A stretch of DNA of 64,000 nt from an uncultured Actinomycetota bacterium (GTDB lineage: Bacteria; Actinomycetota; Actinomycetes; Mycobacteriales; Mycobacteriaceae), in NCBI GenBank assembly GCA_963755805.1, contig CAVWLG010000024.1, positions 1,029 through 65,028 on the forward strand. Reading direction: 5' to 3'. The notes below the pieces were generated by a model. That model did not search any database, was not told the origin of the DNA, and worked only from the letters and a program-made list of their open reading frames with translations. Shown here in pieces: positions 10,100-19,997 of this stretch (its first letter is position 1; the number at the start of each line of letters is the position of its first letter). A program made the translations under genes and the position numbers.

Positions 10100-11810
10100 T
10101 TACCCGGGGATCTTCGCGGCGATCCCGTGCGCGATGTCGTAGGCCTGTTCGGCAACGTCGTAGCGGCAGGCCGAGACATCGACGGCGACGTTGTTGCGCA
10201 CCGTCAGCGCGCGCTGGCACTGCATGCCGCCGCCGTCTTTGAGGGTCTGCGTCATGGTCATCGTGCCGTCCATGTCGGCAGGTGTGCCGGCGGTCCACAG
10301 CTGCGGGGACGGCGGGGCGGGGAACGTCACCGTCAGAGTGCGGCCCGAGCAGCTCGCCCACTGCGATTGTTGTTCGGCGAGAAGCTTTTTGGCGGCGTCG
10401 GCGTTCGGGAAACTGATCACCGCCTGGATCACGGCGTAGAGACGGGGGCCATCGCCCGCGTTACGCAGGGCTTGCGACCGCACACCGGTCCACCCGGCGT
10501 CGCCGTACACCAGGTGCTGCGCCGGCGCCATCACGCCGATGCAGTCTTTCTGCAGGAGCTTTTCCGAGTCGTCGATCACCGAGTCCGCGAACGACTCCTG
10601 AACCAGCTCGGCGGCTCCGACCATTCCGGCGACCCGCTCGGGCGATAACAGCAGACCCGACAGCGCGGTGCTGCTCAACGGACCGGCTGGGCGCGGCCGC
10701 GGCCGGCGTGCTCGTCGACGACGACGCGAGCCCCGGTTCCGGTCCGAGAATTCATGTTCAGCACCGCCACAACCACCAGTGCGGCGACCACAGCGACGAT
10801 CGCGCCGACCACGACGACCAACCGCGGGCGTCGCTGCGGCGGTGGCGGAAACTGCGGTGGCCGGTGGAAGCCGAGCGGGGCCGTTGCGGAATACGGGCCC
10901 GCCCCCACGGCGGTGCGCCGTCGACAGGCGGGGCCGGCATGGTCACCGGATGCCACGGCGCCGTGGTGGAACCCAGCTGCTCGTTGAGCGCCGCGGTGGC
11001 CGCTTCGGCGAGCGCGCGCGCCGACGTGAACCGCTGCGACGGGTCTTTGGCCATCGCGGTGGCGATCACCTGATCCATCTGCGCCGACATCCCGGGCACC
11101 ACATCGGTGACCTTCGGCGGCGGGGCGTGCAGATGAGCGGCAACGACGGCCGCGGAACCGTTGGCCGTCGGATACGGCGCCTGCCCGGTCAGCAGCCGAA
11201 ACAGTGTGCACGCCAACGAATACAGATCCGCCCGGCCGTCAAAAGGCTGGCCGGCCAGCACCTCAGGCGCCGCGTACGCCACCGTCGCCGTCACCGATCC
11301 GGTGGTCGTCAAACCCGCGTCGTCGAACGCACGCGCAATCCCGAAGTCCCCCAACAAGACCCGCTCGTCGGGGCCGATCGGTCCGGACAGCAGGAAGTTG
11401 GCCGGCTTGATGTCGCGGTGCACCACCCCGCGCTGGTGCGCGTAATCCAGCGCCTTGGCGACCTCGCCGACAATGTGCACCGCGCGCGCCGGCGTCATCG
11501 TGCCGGCCCGCAGCGCGGCGTTCGCGTCGGTGCCGTCGACAAACTGCATCGCGATCCAGAGCTGGCCGTCGAACTCGCCGCGCTGGTGAATCGACACGAT
11601 GTTGGGATGATCCAGCGCCGAGGCCACATCGGCCTCGCGGATGAACCGCGCCCGGAAGTCCTCGTCGCCGGACAGCTCGGCGTTGAGCACCTTCAGCGCC
11701 TCGCTGCGCGGCAGATCGGGGTTGCGCGCCAGATACACGGTGCCCATGCCGCCGCCGCCCAGCACCCGTTCGATCTGGTATCCGGCGAAGATCGAACCGG
11801 GGCTCAACAT
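10100..11810 (-). CDS. Ser/Thr protein kinase with TM helix and PknH-like extracellular sensor domain (frameshifts in the linker)
   Basis: [21 protein letters not shown] and YAAPE motifs; [24 protein letters not shown]-terminal QAVISFP...W..C...[18 protein letters not shown]. Confidence 0.9.
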
Positions 11811-11912
11811 GCGTGGCGTGTGTCCTTCGTTTCGACCCGGGCGATGTGCAGATGGCCGCGGATAGTCTCGGATGCCCGGAGAATACCTGTCGGCATGTGC
11901 TGCAATGACGAG

Positions 11913-12434
11913 ATGAGCTCCCGAGATCACGGCGCCTGGCTCGCCGACGTCACCGCGATAGAGACGATCAAGTACCGCTATCTGCGTGGACTGGACACCA
12001 AGCACTGGGACGACTTCGCCGACACCCTCACCGAGGACGTCGTCGGCGACTACGGGTCGTCGATGGGCGAAGAACACCACTTCACCAACCGCACCGACCT
12101 CGTCGAGTACATGCGCTCGTCGCTGCCGTCCAACGTGATCACCGAGCACCGCGTCACCCATCCGGAGATCGAGGTGAACGGCGACGAGGCGACGGGCATC
12201 TGGTATCTGCAGGACAAGGTGATCGTGGCCGAGTTCGACTTCATGCTGATCGGCGCCGGCTTCTATCACGATCGGTACCGCCGCACCGCCGACGGATGGC
12301 GGATCAGCGCGGTCGGCTACGACCGGACCTACGACGCCACCTTGTCGTTGAAAAACCTGGACTTCAAGGTGACCGCGGGCATCGCCATCGCGCTAATAAT
12401 CAGAACCGTTGGCGCGCAAGCGGTTACTGGGTGA
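11913..12434 (+). CDS. NTF2/SnoaL-like (BaiE/scytalone dehydratase-like) protein, Rv0310c-like
   Basis: [20 protein letters not shown]...[11 protein letters not shown]...ATGIWYLQD...[14 protein letters not shown]; exact 3' end uncertain. Confidence 0.85.
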   Translation: MSSRDHGAWLADVTAIETIKYRYLRGLDTKHWDDFADTLTEDVVGDYGSSMGEEHHFTNRTDLVEYMRSSLPSNVITEHRVTHPEIEVNGDEATGIWYLQDKVIVAEFDFMLIGAGFYHDRYRRTADGWRISAVGYDRTYDATLSLKNLDFKVTAGIAIALIIRTVGAQAVTG

Positions 12435-13083
12435 TCGCCATGACCGCGCCGGGCCGCAGCCACTGAATGACCTGCACCAGCTTGGCATCATCGATCGCGA
12501 CACAGCCTTCGGTCGCGCCGCCGTCGGTGGTGTGGAAGAAGAATGCCGCACCCTTGCCGGGCTCACGGTTCGGGTTGACGCCCATCACGACCGCGTGCTT
12601 GTACTGCGGGATTTGGAGGTTCTCGCTCGCGCCGGTGTCGAACGGGCACTGCGCCTTATGGCAGACCTGCATGGTGTTGAACGTGGCGCTGCCGTCGTCG
12701 CCGTTCCACCAGTGATTGGAGTCGACCTGAACATATTTGAGACCGCCACCGGGGTTGGGCGCGGTCCCGAACGCGAACGGCAGCGTGAAGACGCCCATCG
12801 GCGTTGCCGGGATAACCGCTCTTGGCTTGCGGCGCAAGGCCTGCCGAGCCGATATGGGTCGGGGATGCCGGCCTCGACCGGTTGCCAGCCGGCGTCACTT
12901 CGTTGGTAGATGTCCATTTTCGCGTTCGAACCGCCGGTTCCGACAACGGAGATCACCTGGGTGGCGTTGCCGACCGAGCGGAGCAAACCAAGGTGCGCCG
13001 ACTGCACCCCCCTTCGGAGCTGTCGCCATGGGTACAACGGCTGCGCACACCGCAGCGCACAGTAGACCCAGCAGTCGGCGCAC
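12424..13083 (-). CDS. Exported L,D-transpeptidase-like (YkuD fold) protein, Rv0309-like (frameshifts)
   Basis: Signal MRRLLGLLCAAVCAA, TPMGVF, GAAFFFH...GGATEGCVAI His/Cys motif. Confidence 0.82.
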
Positions 13084-13245
13084 CGTCCTTATCGTCGGCG
13101 CAGGCCGATCGAGTGGTCAAGTCAAGGTTTAGCGTCGATCAGGTCACCGCGCGGCCGCGACGCAACGCTCGCTTCCTGTCGCCGCTGGTGCACCGATATG
13201 TTCGTAGGCGTTGCCCGCCGGATCCCCGGGTATAGAAAGCATTGG

Positions 13246-15713
13246 ATGTCACCGACAGATCGCAGCCGTCCGCCCGCTGGTGACGGCAGCACGACCAAGC
13301 TCGCGACGGCGGGCGGCGTCAGCGTGCCGCCGTTGACGGTCTGGCTCGGGTCGGCGATGTACACCTTCCCGATCGACCGCGACGTCATCGTGGGCCGCGA
13401 CCGCGAATGCGACATCTGCTTTCACGACATCAACCCCGAGGATCTGACGCTGATCTCGCGGGTACACGCGATAGTGCGGTTCGACGGCGGACACTGGGTG
13501 GTCGTCGACAAGAGCCAGAACGGCATCTTCGCTGCCGGTGCGCGCGCCAACCTGATCCCGATCCGCGACCGTCTGACCGTCGCGTTGGGTAGCCCGCGCG
13601 GCCCGCAGTTGACCTTCCGGGTCGCGACCGCCGGCATCGCCGGCCCGCCGACGCGGCGACAGCCCCGCGACGGCGATGTTCCGCCCGGCGGGCCGACCAC
13701 CGCCGACCGGCCCACCACCCCACGTCGCGGCCGCAGCCAGTCGCGGCCGCCCGGCCGGCGCGCCCGCCGCCGAGTCGGCCGACCCACCGTCGGTCCGCCA
13801 GGCCTCGGCGACGATCGGGCGCGCCAAGAGCAACAGCATCGTCGTGGAGGACGCGCTGGCCTCCCGTGTGCACGCGATGCTCGCGTCCACGCCGGCCGGC
13901 CTGGAGATCCGCGACAACAACAGCAGCAACGGCACCTTCGTCAACGGCACCCTGATCACCAGCGCGAAGCTGCGCGACGGCGACATCGTCACGATCGGCA
14001 ACACCGACCTGCTCGCGACCGGCAACACCCTGGTCCCCCAGCCCGCGGCGGCCCGCACCAGCGGGCTGACCGCGCACGGGCTGGCGTTGACGATCGACGG
14101 GCGCCAACTGCTGCAAGACGTGTCCTTCACCGCGAAGCCGGGGACGCTGACCGCGGTGATCGGGCCGTCCGGCGCCGGCAAATCCACGCTGGTCAAGTTG
14201 ATCGGCGGCGCGATGCCACGCAGCGCGGGCCTGGTCGCGTTCGACGGGCACGACGTTCACGCCGAGTACGCGTCGATGCGCTCGCGGATCGGGATGGTGC
14301 CGCAGGACGACGTGGTGCACCGTCAGCTCACCGTCGAGCAGGCCCTGAATTTCGCCGCCGAACTGCGGCTGCCGCCGGACACCACCGCCGACGATCGTCG
14401 CGAGGTGGTCTAGCGGGTGCTCGACGAGCTGGAGTTGACGCCGCACAAGGACACCCGCGTCGACAAGCTGTCCGGCGGTCAGCGCAAACGCGCGTCGGTG
14501 GCGATGGAACTGCTGACCGGCCCGTCGCTGCTGATCCTCGATGAGCCGACGTCGGGTCTCGACCCGGCGCTGGACCGTCAGGTGATGACGATGCTGCGCC
14601 GGCTCGCCGACGCCGGCCGGGTGGTCATCGTCGTCACGCATTCGTTGACCTACGTCGGCATGTGCGACCAGATCCTGTTGCTGGCGCCCGGCGGCAAGAC
14701 CGCGTTCGCCGACCCGCCCGCGCAGATCGGGCCGGTGATGGGCAGCACCGACTGGGCCGACATCTTCGCCCGCGTCAGCACCGACCCCGACGGCGCGCAT
14801 CGCGCGTATCTGGCCCGCCATCCCGCCTTCACCGCGCCGGCCGTCGCCGACCGCCGGCGCGGCACCGCTGGGAAAACCGCCGCGGACCAGCTCGTGGCGG
14901 CAGGTGTTGACGCTGGTGCGCCGCCAGACCCGGCTGATCACCTCCGATCGCGGCTATTTCGCGTTCCTGGCGGTGCTGCCGTTCGTGCTCGGCGTGCTGT
15001 CGCTGGCGGTGCCCGGCAACACCGGTTTGGGACGACCGGCCGGCGCGCCGGAAGAGCCGATCGACATCCTGATCCTGCTCAACATCGGCGCGGTGTTCCT
15101 GGGGACCGCGCTGACCGTCCGCGATCTCGTCGGCGAGCGAATGATCTTCCAGCGTGAGCGGGCCGTCGGCCTGTCCGCGTCGGCCTACCTGATCGCCAAA
15201 GTCGTCGTCTACAGCATCGCGGCGCTGATCGGCACCGCGGTCATGGTCGCCATCATGACGATCGGCAAGGGCACGCCCGCGCACGGCGGCGCGCTGCTGG
15301 GACACGGCGTGGCGCAGGGTGTCCTGGAGCTGTATCTGGGCCTGGCGTTGACGGCGATCACCTCGGCGATGGTGGGGCTGACGCTGTCGTCGCTGGCCCG
15401 CTCCACCGAGCAGGTGCTGCCGATGCTGGTGGTGACGATCATGGTGTCGATGGTGCTGGCCGGTGGCCTGATCCCGGTGACCGGACGGCTGGTGCTGGAT
15501 CAGCTGGCCTGGTTCGTGCCCGGGCGTTGGGGCTTTGCGGCCTCCGCGTCGACGGTAGACCTGAACAGCGTCGAGGCGGGGCTGCCGGTCGACCGGCTGT
15601 GGCGCCACGTGGCCGGCGCCTGGCTTCAGGACGTCGGGATGCTGGCGGTGCTGGCCGTCGTCCTCGCCGGCGTGGTCCGCTACCGGCTGCGGCTGGGTAA
15701 GCGTGCCCGCTGA
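13246..15713 (+). pseudogene. Dual-FHA ABC transporter, Rv1747-like; frameshifts plus an in-frame TAG at 14411-14413
   Basis: FHA1 (VGRD...ISRVHA...SQNG), FHA2 (IGRA...ASRVHA...SSNGTFVNG), Walker A GPSGAGKST, LSGGQ, ILDEP and an ABC-2 membrane domain. Confidence 0.85.
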
Positions 15714-15724
15714 GCTGAATTGAC

Positions 15725-15972
15725 GCCTCTCCCGGCGGTAGTAGCTCCTGCCGAGAACTGGTTCCGGCTCACATCGAGCAGACAGTTCTCGATGGCATCG
15801 AAGATGCAAGGCACGCTGCTGACGGACGACCTTGCATCATGGTTGATCGCCATACAGGAAATAAAAAGCCGCCAAACTGTTCGGGCCGGGACGGGCCTGG
15901 TTGTCGACCTTGATTAACGAGATCCGATAGCAGCCGGATAGCGGAAAACGAAATCCTGTATGCCTCAACCGG
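15725..15972. ncRNA. Putative structured non-coding RNA of unknown family
   Basis: Three perfect 9-bp stems (15752-60/15783-91; 15803-11/15830-38; 15851-59/15954-62) plus 15841-46/15965-70 and inner hairpins; GC about 53% over 15841-15960; no convincing ORF. Confidence 0.45.
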
Positions 15973-16005
15973 TTTCATGGTTGGGATGCGATGCCGCTGA
16001 CCAGC

Positions 16006-17262
16006 CTAGTTGTTTGTTGGTGGTGGTTGCGGCTGGAAGGGTTCGTACCACCACCAGTCGGCGCGTTCGCCGGTGGGCCCGGGGCAGGGCGGGACGGCGG
16101 GCGGGGGACGGGTGGGCGGGCGCGCCAGTGATCCTGGGCTGAGTGGTCGGCCGGCAGCTGTCGGTGACGGTGAGATCGTCGGCGGGTCCGGTGATGGTGA
16201 TGACGCCGCGGTGATGCAGCCGGTGGTGATACGGGCAGACCAGCACCAGGTTGGCCAACTCGGTGGGGCCGCCGTCTTCCCAGTGCCGGATGTGGTGTGC
16301 GTGCAGACCGCGGGTGGCCCCGCAGCCGGGAACCGCGCAGCTGGGGTGGCGGTGCTCGAGCGCGCGGCGAAGCCGCCGGTTGATCTCGCGGGTCGCTCGG
16401 CCGGCGCCGATGACCTCGCCGTCACGTTCGAACCAGACTTCACAGGTGGCATCACAGGTCAGGTATCGGCGTTCGGCGTCGGTGAGCAGCGGACCCAGAT
16501 GCAGCGCGGCGGCGCGCTGCTCAACATCGACGTGGACCACCACGGTGGTGTGCTGCCCGTGTGGCCGGCGGGCCGCCTCGGCGTCCCAGCCGGCCTCGAC
16601 CAGACGCATGAACGCCTCGCACGGTGCCGGGCAACGGCGGCGCGCTGATCTGAGGCGCCGTCGCTCGCCATTGCCGTGGTCGTGCTTCCACTCGGCGATC
16701 AGCGCATCACGATGAGACGCCAGTGCCGCGTCGAACTTCGCCGCATCCAGGTGCGCAAGTGTGATCCGCCAACAGCTGAACTCGCTCGTCGGAGGTCTTG
16801 GTGATCGAGGGCTGCGGTTGCGGCCGCAGAATCGGGTTCGGGTCGCGGTTCCAGCTTGACCGCGGTGCGCAGCTGGTTGACCGTGGCGACCGCGCGCCAA
16901 CTCCGCGTAATGCTCATCAGATCCCTCGCCCGCCCGTGCGGCGATGACGCCGACCTGATCCAGCGACAGTCGACCCTCCCGCATGCCTGCCGCGCAGCGC
17001 GGGAACTCCGCCAGCCGGCGCGCGACGGTGGTGATCGTGTGGGCATTTGCCGATGACCAACCCAGCTTCCAGGCCACCAACGCCGCCACCGACCGTGCGC
17101 CCGTAGCACCGCACAGCTCGTCGCGATCCATCTCGGCGACGATCTCCACGATGCGCCCATCAATCGCGTTGCGCTGACCGGCCAACTCCGCCAACTCCTC
17201 GAACAACACCTCAAGACGCTCGGCAGGGCTCACCACCGCGGAGGCGATGCGGTCAAGGACAT
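16006..17262 (-). CDS. DUF222 + HNH endonuclease (13E12-repeat-related, Rv2015c/Rv1765c-like; frameshifts)
   Basis: VSPAERLEVLFEELAELAGQRNAIDGRIVEIVAE N-terminus; CAVPGC...HAHHIRHWEDGGPTELANLVLVCPYHHRLHH; C-terminus GPTGERADWWWYEPFQPQPPPTNN*. Confidence 0.9.
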
Positions 17263-17268
17263 AGCGTC

Positions 17269-17291
17269 ATCATCGCAGCCGGGTCCGACAA
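17269..17291 (-). promoter_or_regulatory. PafBC (RecA-NDp)-type DNA-damage promoter, probably leaderless
   Basis: Minus strand tTGTCGG-acccggctgc(10 nt)-GATGAT versus consensus TGTCGG-N10-TANNNT; ATG follows 6 nt later. Confidence 0.6.
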
Positions 17292-17386
17292 ATTCGGCTG
17301 CCGATTCGCCGGACTGACCGCATCATCACAATAATCCTCCCAAACTTGCTGAAGATCGCCCCACAGCCAGTCGCGGTAATACTGGA

Positions 17387-17872
17387 GTGATGCCGGTCTT
17401 CGTCCGCAAGCTCTTCGGCATCGGCAAGCTGCCCGCCGACGTGCGCGCCGCAGTCGAGGCCGAGGGGCTGATCTATCTCTCGGATTTCGTTCCCGTGACC
17501 CGACGATTCAGCGGCGCCATCCCGGGTCTGCGTTCGTCGCACAGCGTCGCCAGCTACGTCGGGTCGGTCGTGTTCACCTCGCAGCGCGTTTTGGCAACCT
17601 TGTCGTCATTGCCCAAGCTGGCCGGCCCGACCGTCGACGCGCGTTGGGACGCAACGCAATCCGGCGTCGCAGCGGCGGAGATCTCCTCAACCGGTCTGCA
17701 GGTCGACGCCGACGTCGACGAGTTGGATCAGACGTTCACCGGACATCTGTCACTGCACTACAAGCTCAATTTGCCGGGCGATGTGCTGGCGCAACTGCCC
17801 CGCCGCTCGCTGACTTTCGACATGCCACCGGAATATGTGCTCCGCGCTGTCGGCGTCACCTACCGGCCATAA
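17387..17872 (+). CDS. Conserved hypothetical protein, Rv0307c-like
   Basis: VRKLFGIGKLPADVRAAVEAEGLIYL...SHSVASYVG...LPRRSLTFD...AVGVTY; gene order. Confidence 0.82.
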   Translation: MMPVFVRKLFGIGKLPADVRAAVEAEGLIYLSDFVPVTRRFSGAIPGLRSSHSVASYVGSVVFTSQRVLATLSSLPKLAGPTVDARWDATQSGVAAAEISSTGLQVDADVDELDQTFTGHLSLHYKLNLPGDVLAQLPRRSLTFDMPPEYVLRAVGVTYRP

Positions 17873-17890
17873 CGCGCCAGGCTTCCTACG

Positions 17891-18593
17891 ATGGGGCTTG
17901 TGGACGAACACGCATTCAGCACGCCCGAGCGGCAGGCGATCTATCGCGTGATCGCCGAGCGCCGCGACATGCGCCGGTTCGTGCCCGACAGCAAGGTCTC
18001 CGACGAGGTCCTCGCCCGCCTGCTGCAGGCCGCCCACGCCGCCCCCAACGTCGGGCTGATGCAGCCATGGCGGTTCATCCGGATCACCGACGCCGACCTG
18101 CGGCGGCGCATCCACGCGCTGGTCGACGAGGAACGCCATGCAGACCGCACACGCGCTGGGTCGCACGCGCGCAGGAATTCCTCGCGCTCAAGGTCGAAGG
18201 CATTCTCGATTGCGCCGAGCTGCTGGTGGTCGCGCTGTCCGACGGCAGGGACAGTTCGTGTTCGGCCGCCGCACCATGCCGCAGATGGATCTCGCGTCGG
18301 TGTCGTGCGCGATCCAAAACCTTTGGCTGGCAGCGCGATCCGAGGGCCTCGGAATGGGCTGGGTGTCGCTGTTCGATCCGCGGACGCTGGCGTCGCTGCT
18401 GTCCATGCCCGCCGACGCCGAGCCGGTGGCGATCTTGTGCCTCGGCCCGGTGCCTGATTTCCCCGACCGGCCATCGCTGGAATTGGACGGCTGGGCGCTG
18501 GGACGCCCACTGCCTGAATTCGTGTCGGAGAACGGCTGGGGACAGCCGCCGCAGCCCGCGTGTGACGTCAGCTCATCGCGAGTTGCGCGATGA
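17891..18593 (+). CDS. bluB: 5,6-dimethylbenzimidazole synthase BluB, Rv0306-like (frameshifts; 3' end approximate)
   Basis: IYRVIAERRDMRRF, AAHAAPNVGLMQPWRF, LKVEGILDC, CAIQNLWLAARSEGLGMGWVS. Confidence 0.9.
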
Positions 18594-19672
18594 GCGTGTT
18601 CATTGCCGCGGCGGCATCGGGCGGCACCGCACGCTCCGACTCCGCGTCGAGCAAGGTTTCCGTCGAAACACCCGCGGCGTTGGCGGCCTCTTCGAGACTG
18701 AGTTCGGCGCAGTGGCGTGCGCCATAGAGCCGCTGCCCGAGCGTTGCAGCCGGCGACTTCGCAGCACGCAGCATCAGTTCGTTGTAACGCCGCCGGACGG
18801 CGCTCAGCGCAAGCACCACCGACGGAGTGCCGCGGGCATTACGCGCAGCGTTGGCGGCCACCGTCTCGAGCTTGCGTAGATTCGGCCAGGATCGGCGTGG
18901 CCCGCTGGGTGAAATCCGGCTCCGACGGCTCGGGAGCGCGTCGACCGCGGCGCCGATGCTGTGCATGGCCAGTTCGACCGCCTCGGCCATCAGCGGCGCC
19001 TGAACCGTGTCGGTCAGCACCTCGGTGACCTCGTCGCCCTGGGCGACCGGACTGCCGTTGCGAATACGCGTGATGGTGCCGGCCGGCCAGCTCAGCACCT
19101 CCTCCAGCTTGGCCAACGTCCCGCGCCGTGGCCAGCTGCGTCCCTTCTCGAACGCGATCAGGGTGCCGGCGTTGATGACTTTGTCCCTGGCCAGGCTGCG
19201 CTGGGTGATATCGAGTTCGCGTCGACGGGCGGCGACCGCGCGACCGGCCCGGGCCACGTCGGGATCGGTCTCGGCCAGCTCGTCCCAGGGTCTGTCCTCG
19301 TCGTCGGCTCGGGTTCGACCGCGGTCATCGACGGTCTCGTCGCGCGGGCCACCGGGCACCAGCGTCACCGGGATCCCGTCCGCGTCGCCCAGATGGATGG
19401 TCATGGGACCGGTGATCAGCGCCGAGTTTCGCCGCACACCATCGACGAACATCCCGTTGGTGCTGGTGTCGATCACCTGCCAGCCGTCATGTCGCGGCTC
19501 CAGCCGGACGTGCGAGCGGGAGATCCGGCCATCGTTGATCCGCACGGTCGCCGACGGGTCTCGGCCGATGACCGCGACGCCGTCGGCCGGGCCCCAGCGG
19601 GTGCGACTGGGACCCGATCCGGACCACCAAGCCGGGCGATCGGGTGCCGACGCATTCGTGGCCAGTAGTCAT
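18568..19672 (-). CDS. espM: EspM-like transcription factor: FHA domain plus two XRE-type HTH domains (Rv3863 homologue; frameshifts)
   Basis: FHA IGRD...RISRSH...STNGMFVDG; DPDVARAGRAVAARRRELDITQRSLA...INAGTLIAFEKGRSWPR...KLEEVLSWPAGTI; ATLGQRLYGAR; divergent from whiB6. Confidence 0.85.
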
Positions 19673-19847
19673 CGCGCTCCCTCGTCCGAGGTTCGGAGTG
19701 GTGCTACGTCTTCGCTGCGACACACAAACCTTGCATCCCGGCAGACGCTGCGGTTTGCAGGCCGAACTGCCGCGCTTATCGCTACGGTTTCAGGTCTTAC
19801 CGAGCTCTTAGCGGACTCACCATAGCACCTTATTCGGCTGTTTAAGC

Positions 19848-19862
19848 ACGTCAGTGATGTCA
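19848..19862 (-). promoter_or_regulatory. Putative EspM operator
   Basis: Minus strand TGACAT-cac-TGACGT resembles the TGACAC-N3-TGACAC EspM site as I recall it from the espM-whiB6 spacer. Confidence 0.5.
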
Positions 19863-19997
19863 TTTCCAGCCCTGTGCCGGCGATTAGCCGCGACGTTTCG
19901 CAGCACTGCTTCGTTTTAACTGTTGCACTGCTGCTGCCAACCCCTAAAGTCGTAGCAATAGCGGTGCGAGTGCATCGCAACAGGAGGGGTACACGCT

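Noticed and set aside
10668-12434. 588-aa ORF and the overlapping 503-aa kinase ORF as long proteins
   Set aside because: Each is an antisense read-through extension; real genes are the kinase from 11810 (-) and the NTF2-like gene from 11913 (+)
15725-15972. Structured segment as Ms1/6S RNA, cobalamin riboswitch, group II intron domain V or hammerhead ribozyme
   Set aside because: No B12 box, domain V or CUGANGA/GAAA core that I could recognise; it lies between two 3' ends rather than in a leader; Ms1 is at a different locus
15720-15978. Short ORFs 15720..15917 (+) and 15769..15978 (-) as proteins
   Set aside because: No recognisable motif, atypical codon usage and no clear RBS; a decayed gene cannot be fully excluded
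19895-19940. PhoP box in the whiB6 promoter
   Set aside because: Only a single TCGCAGC half-site; no properly spaced TCACAGC-N4-TCACAGC repeat
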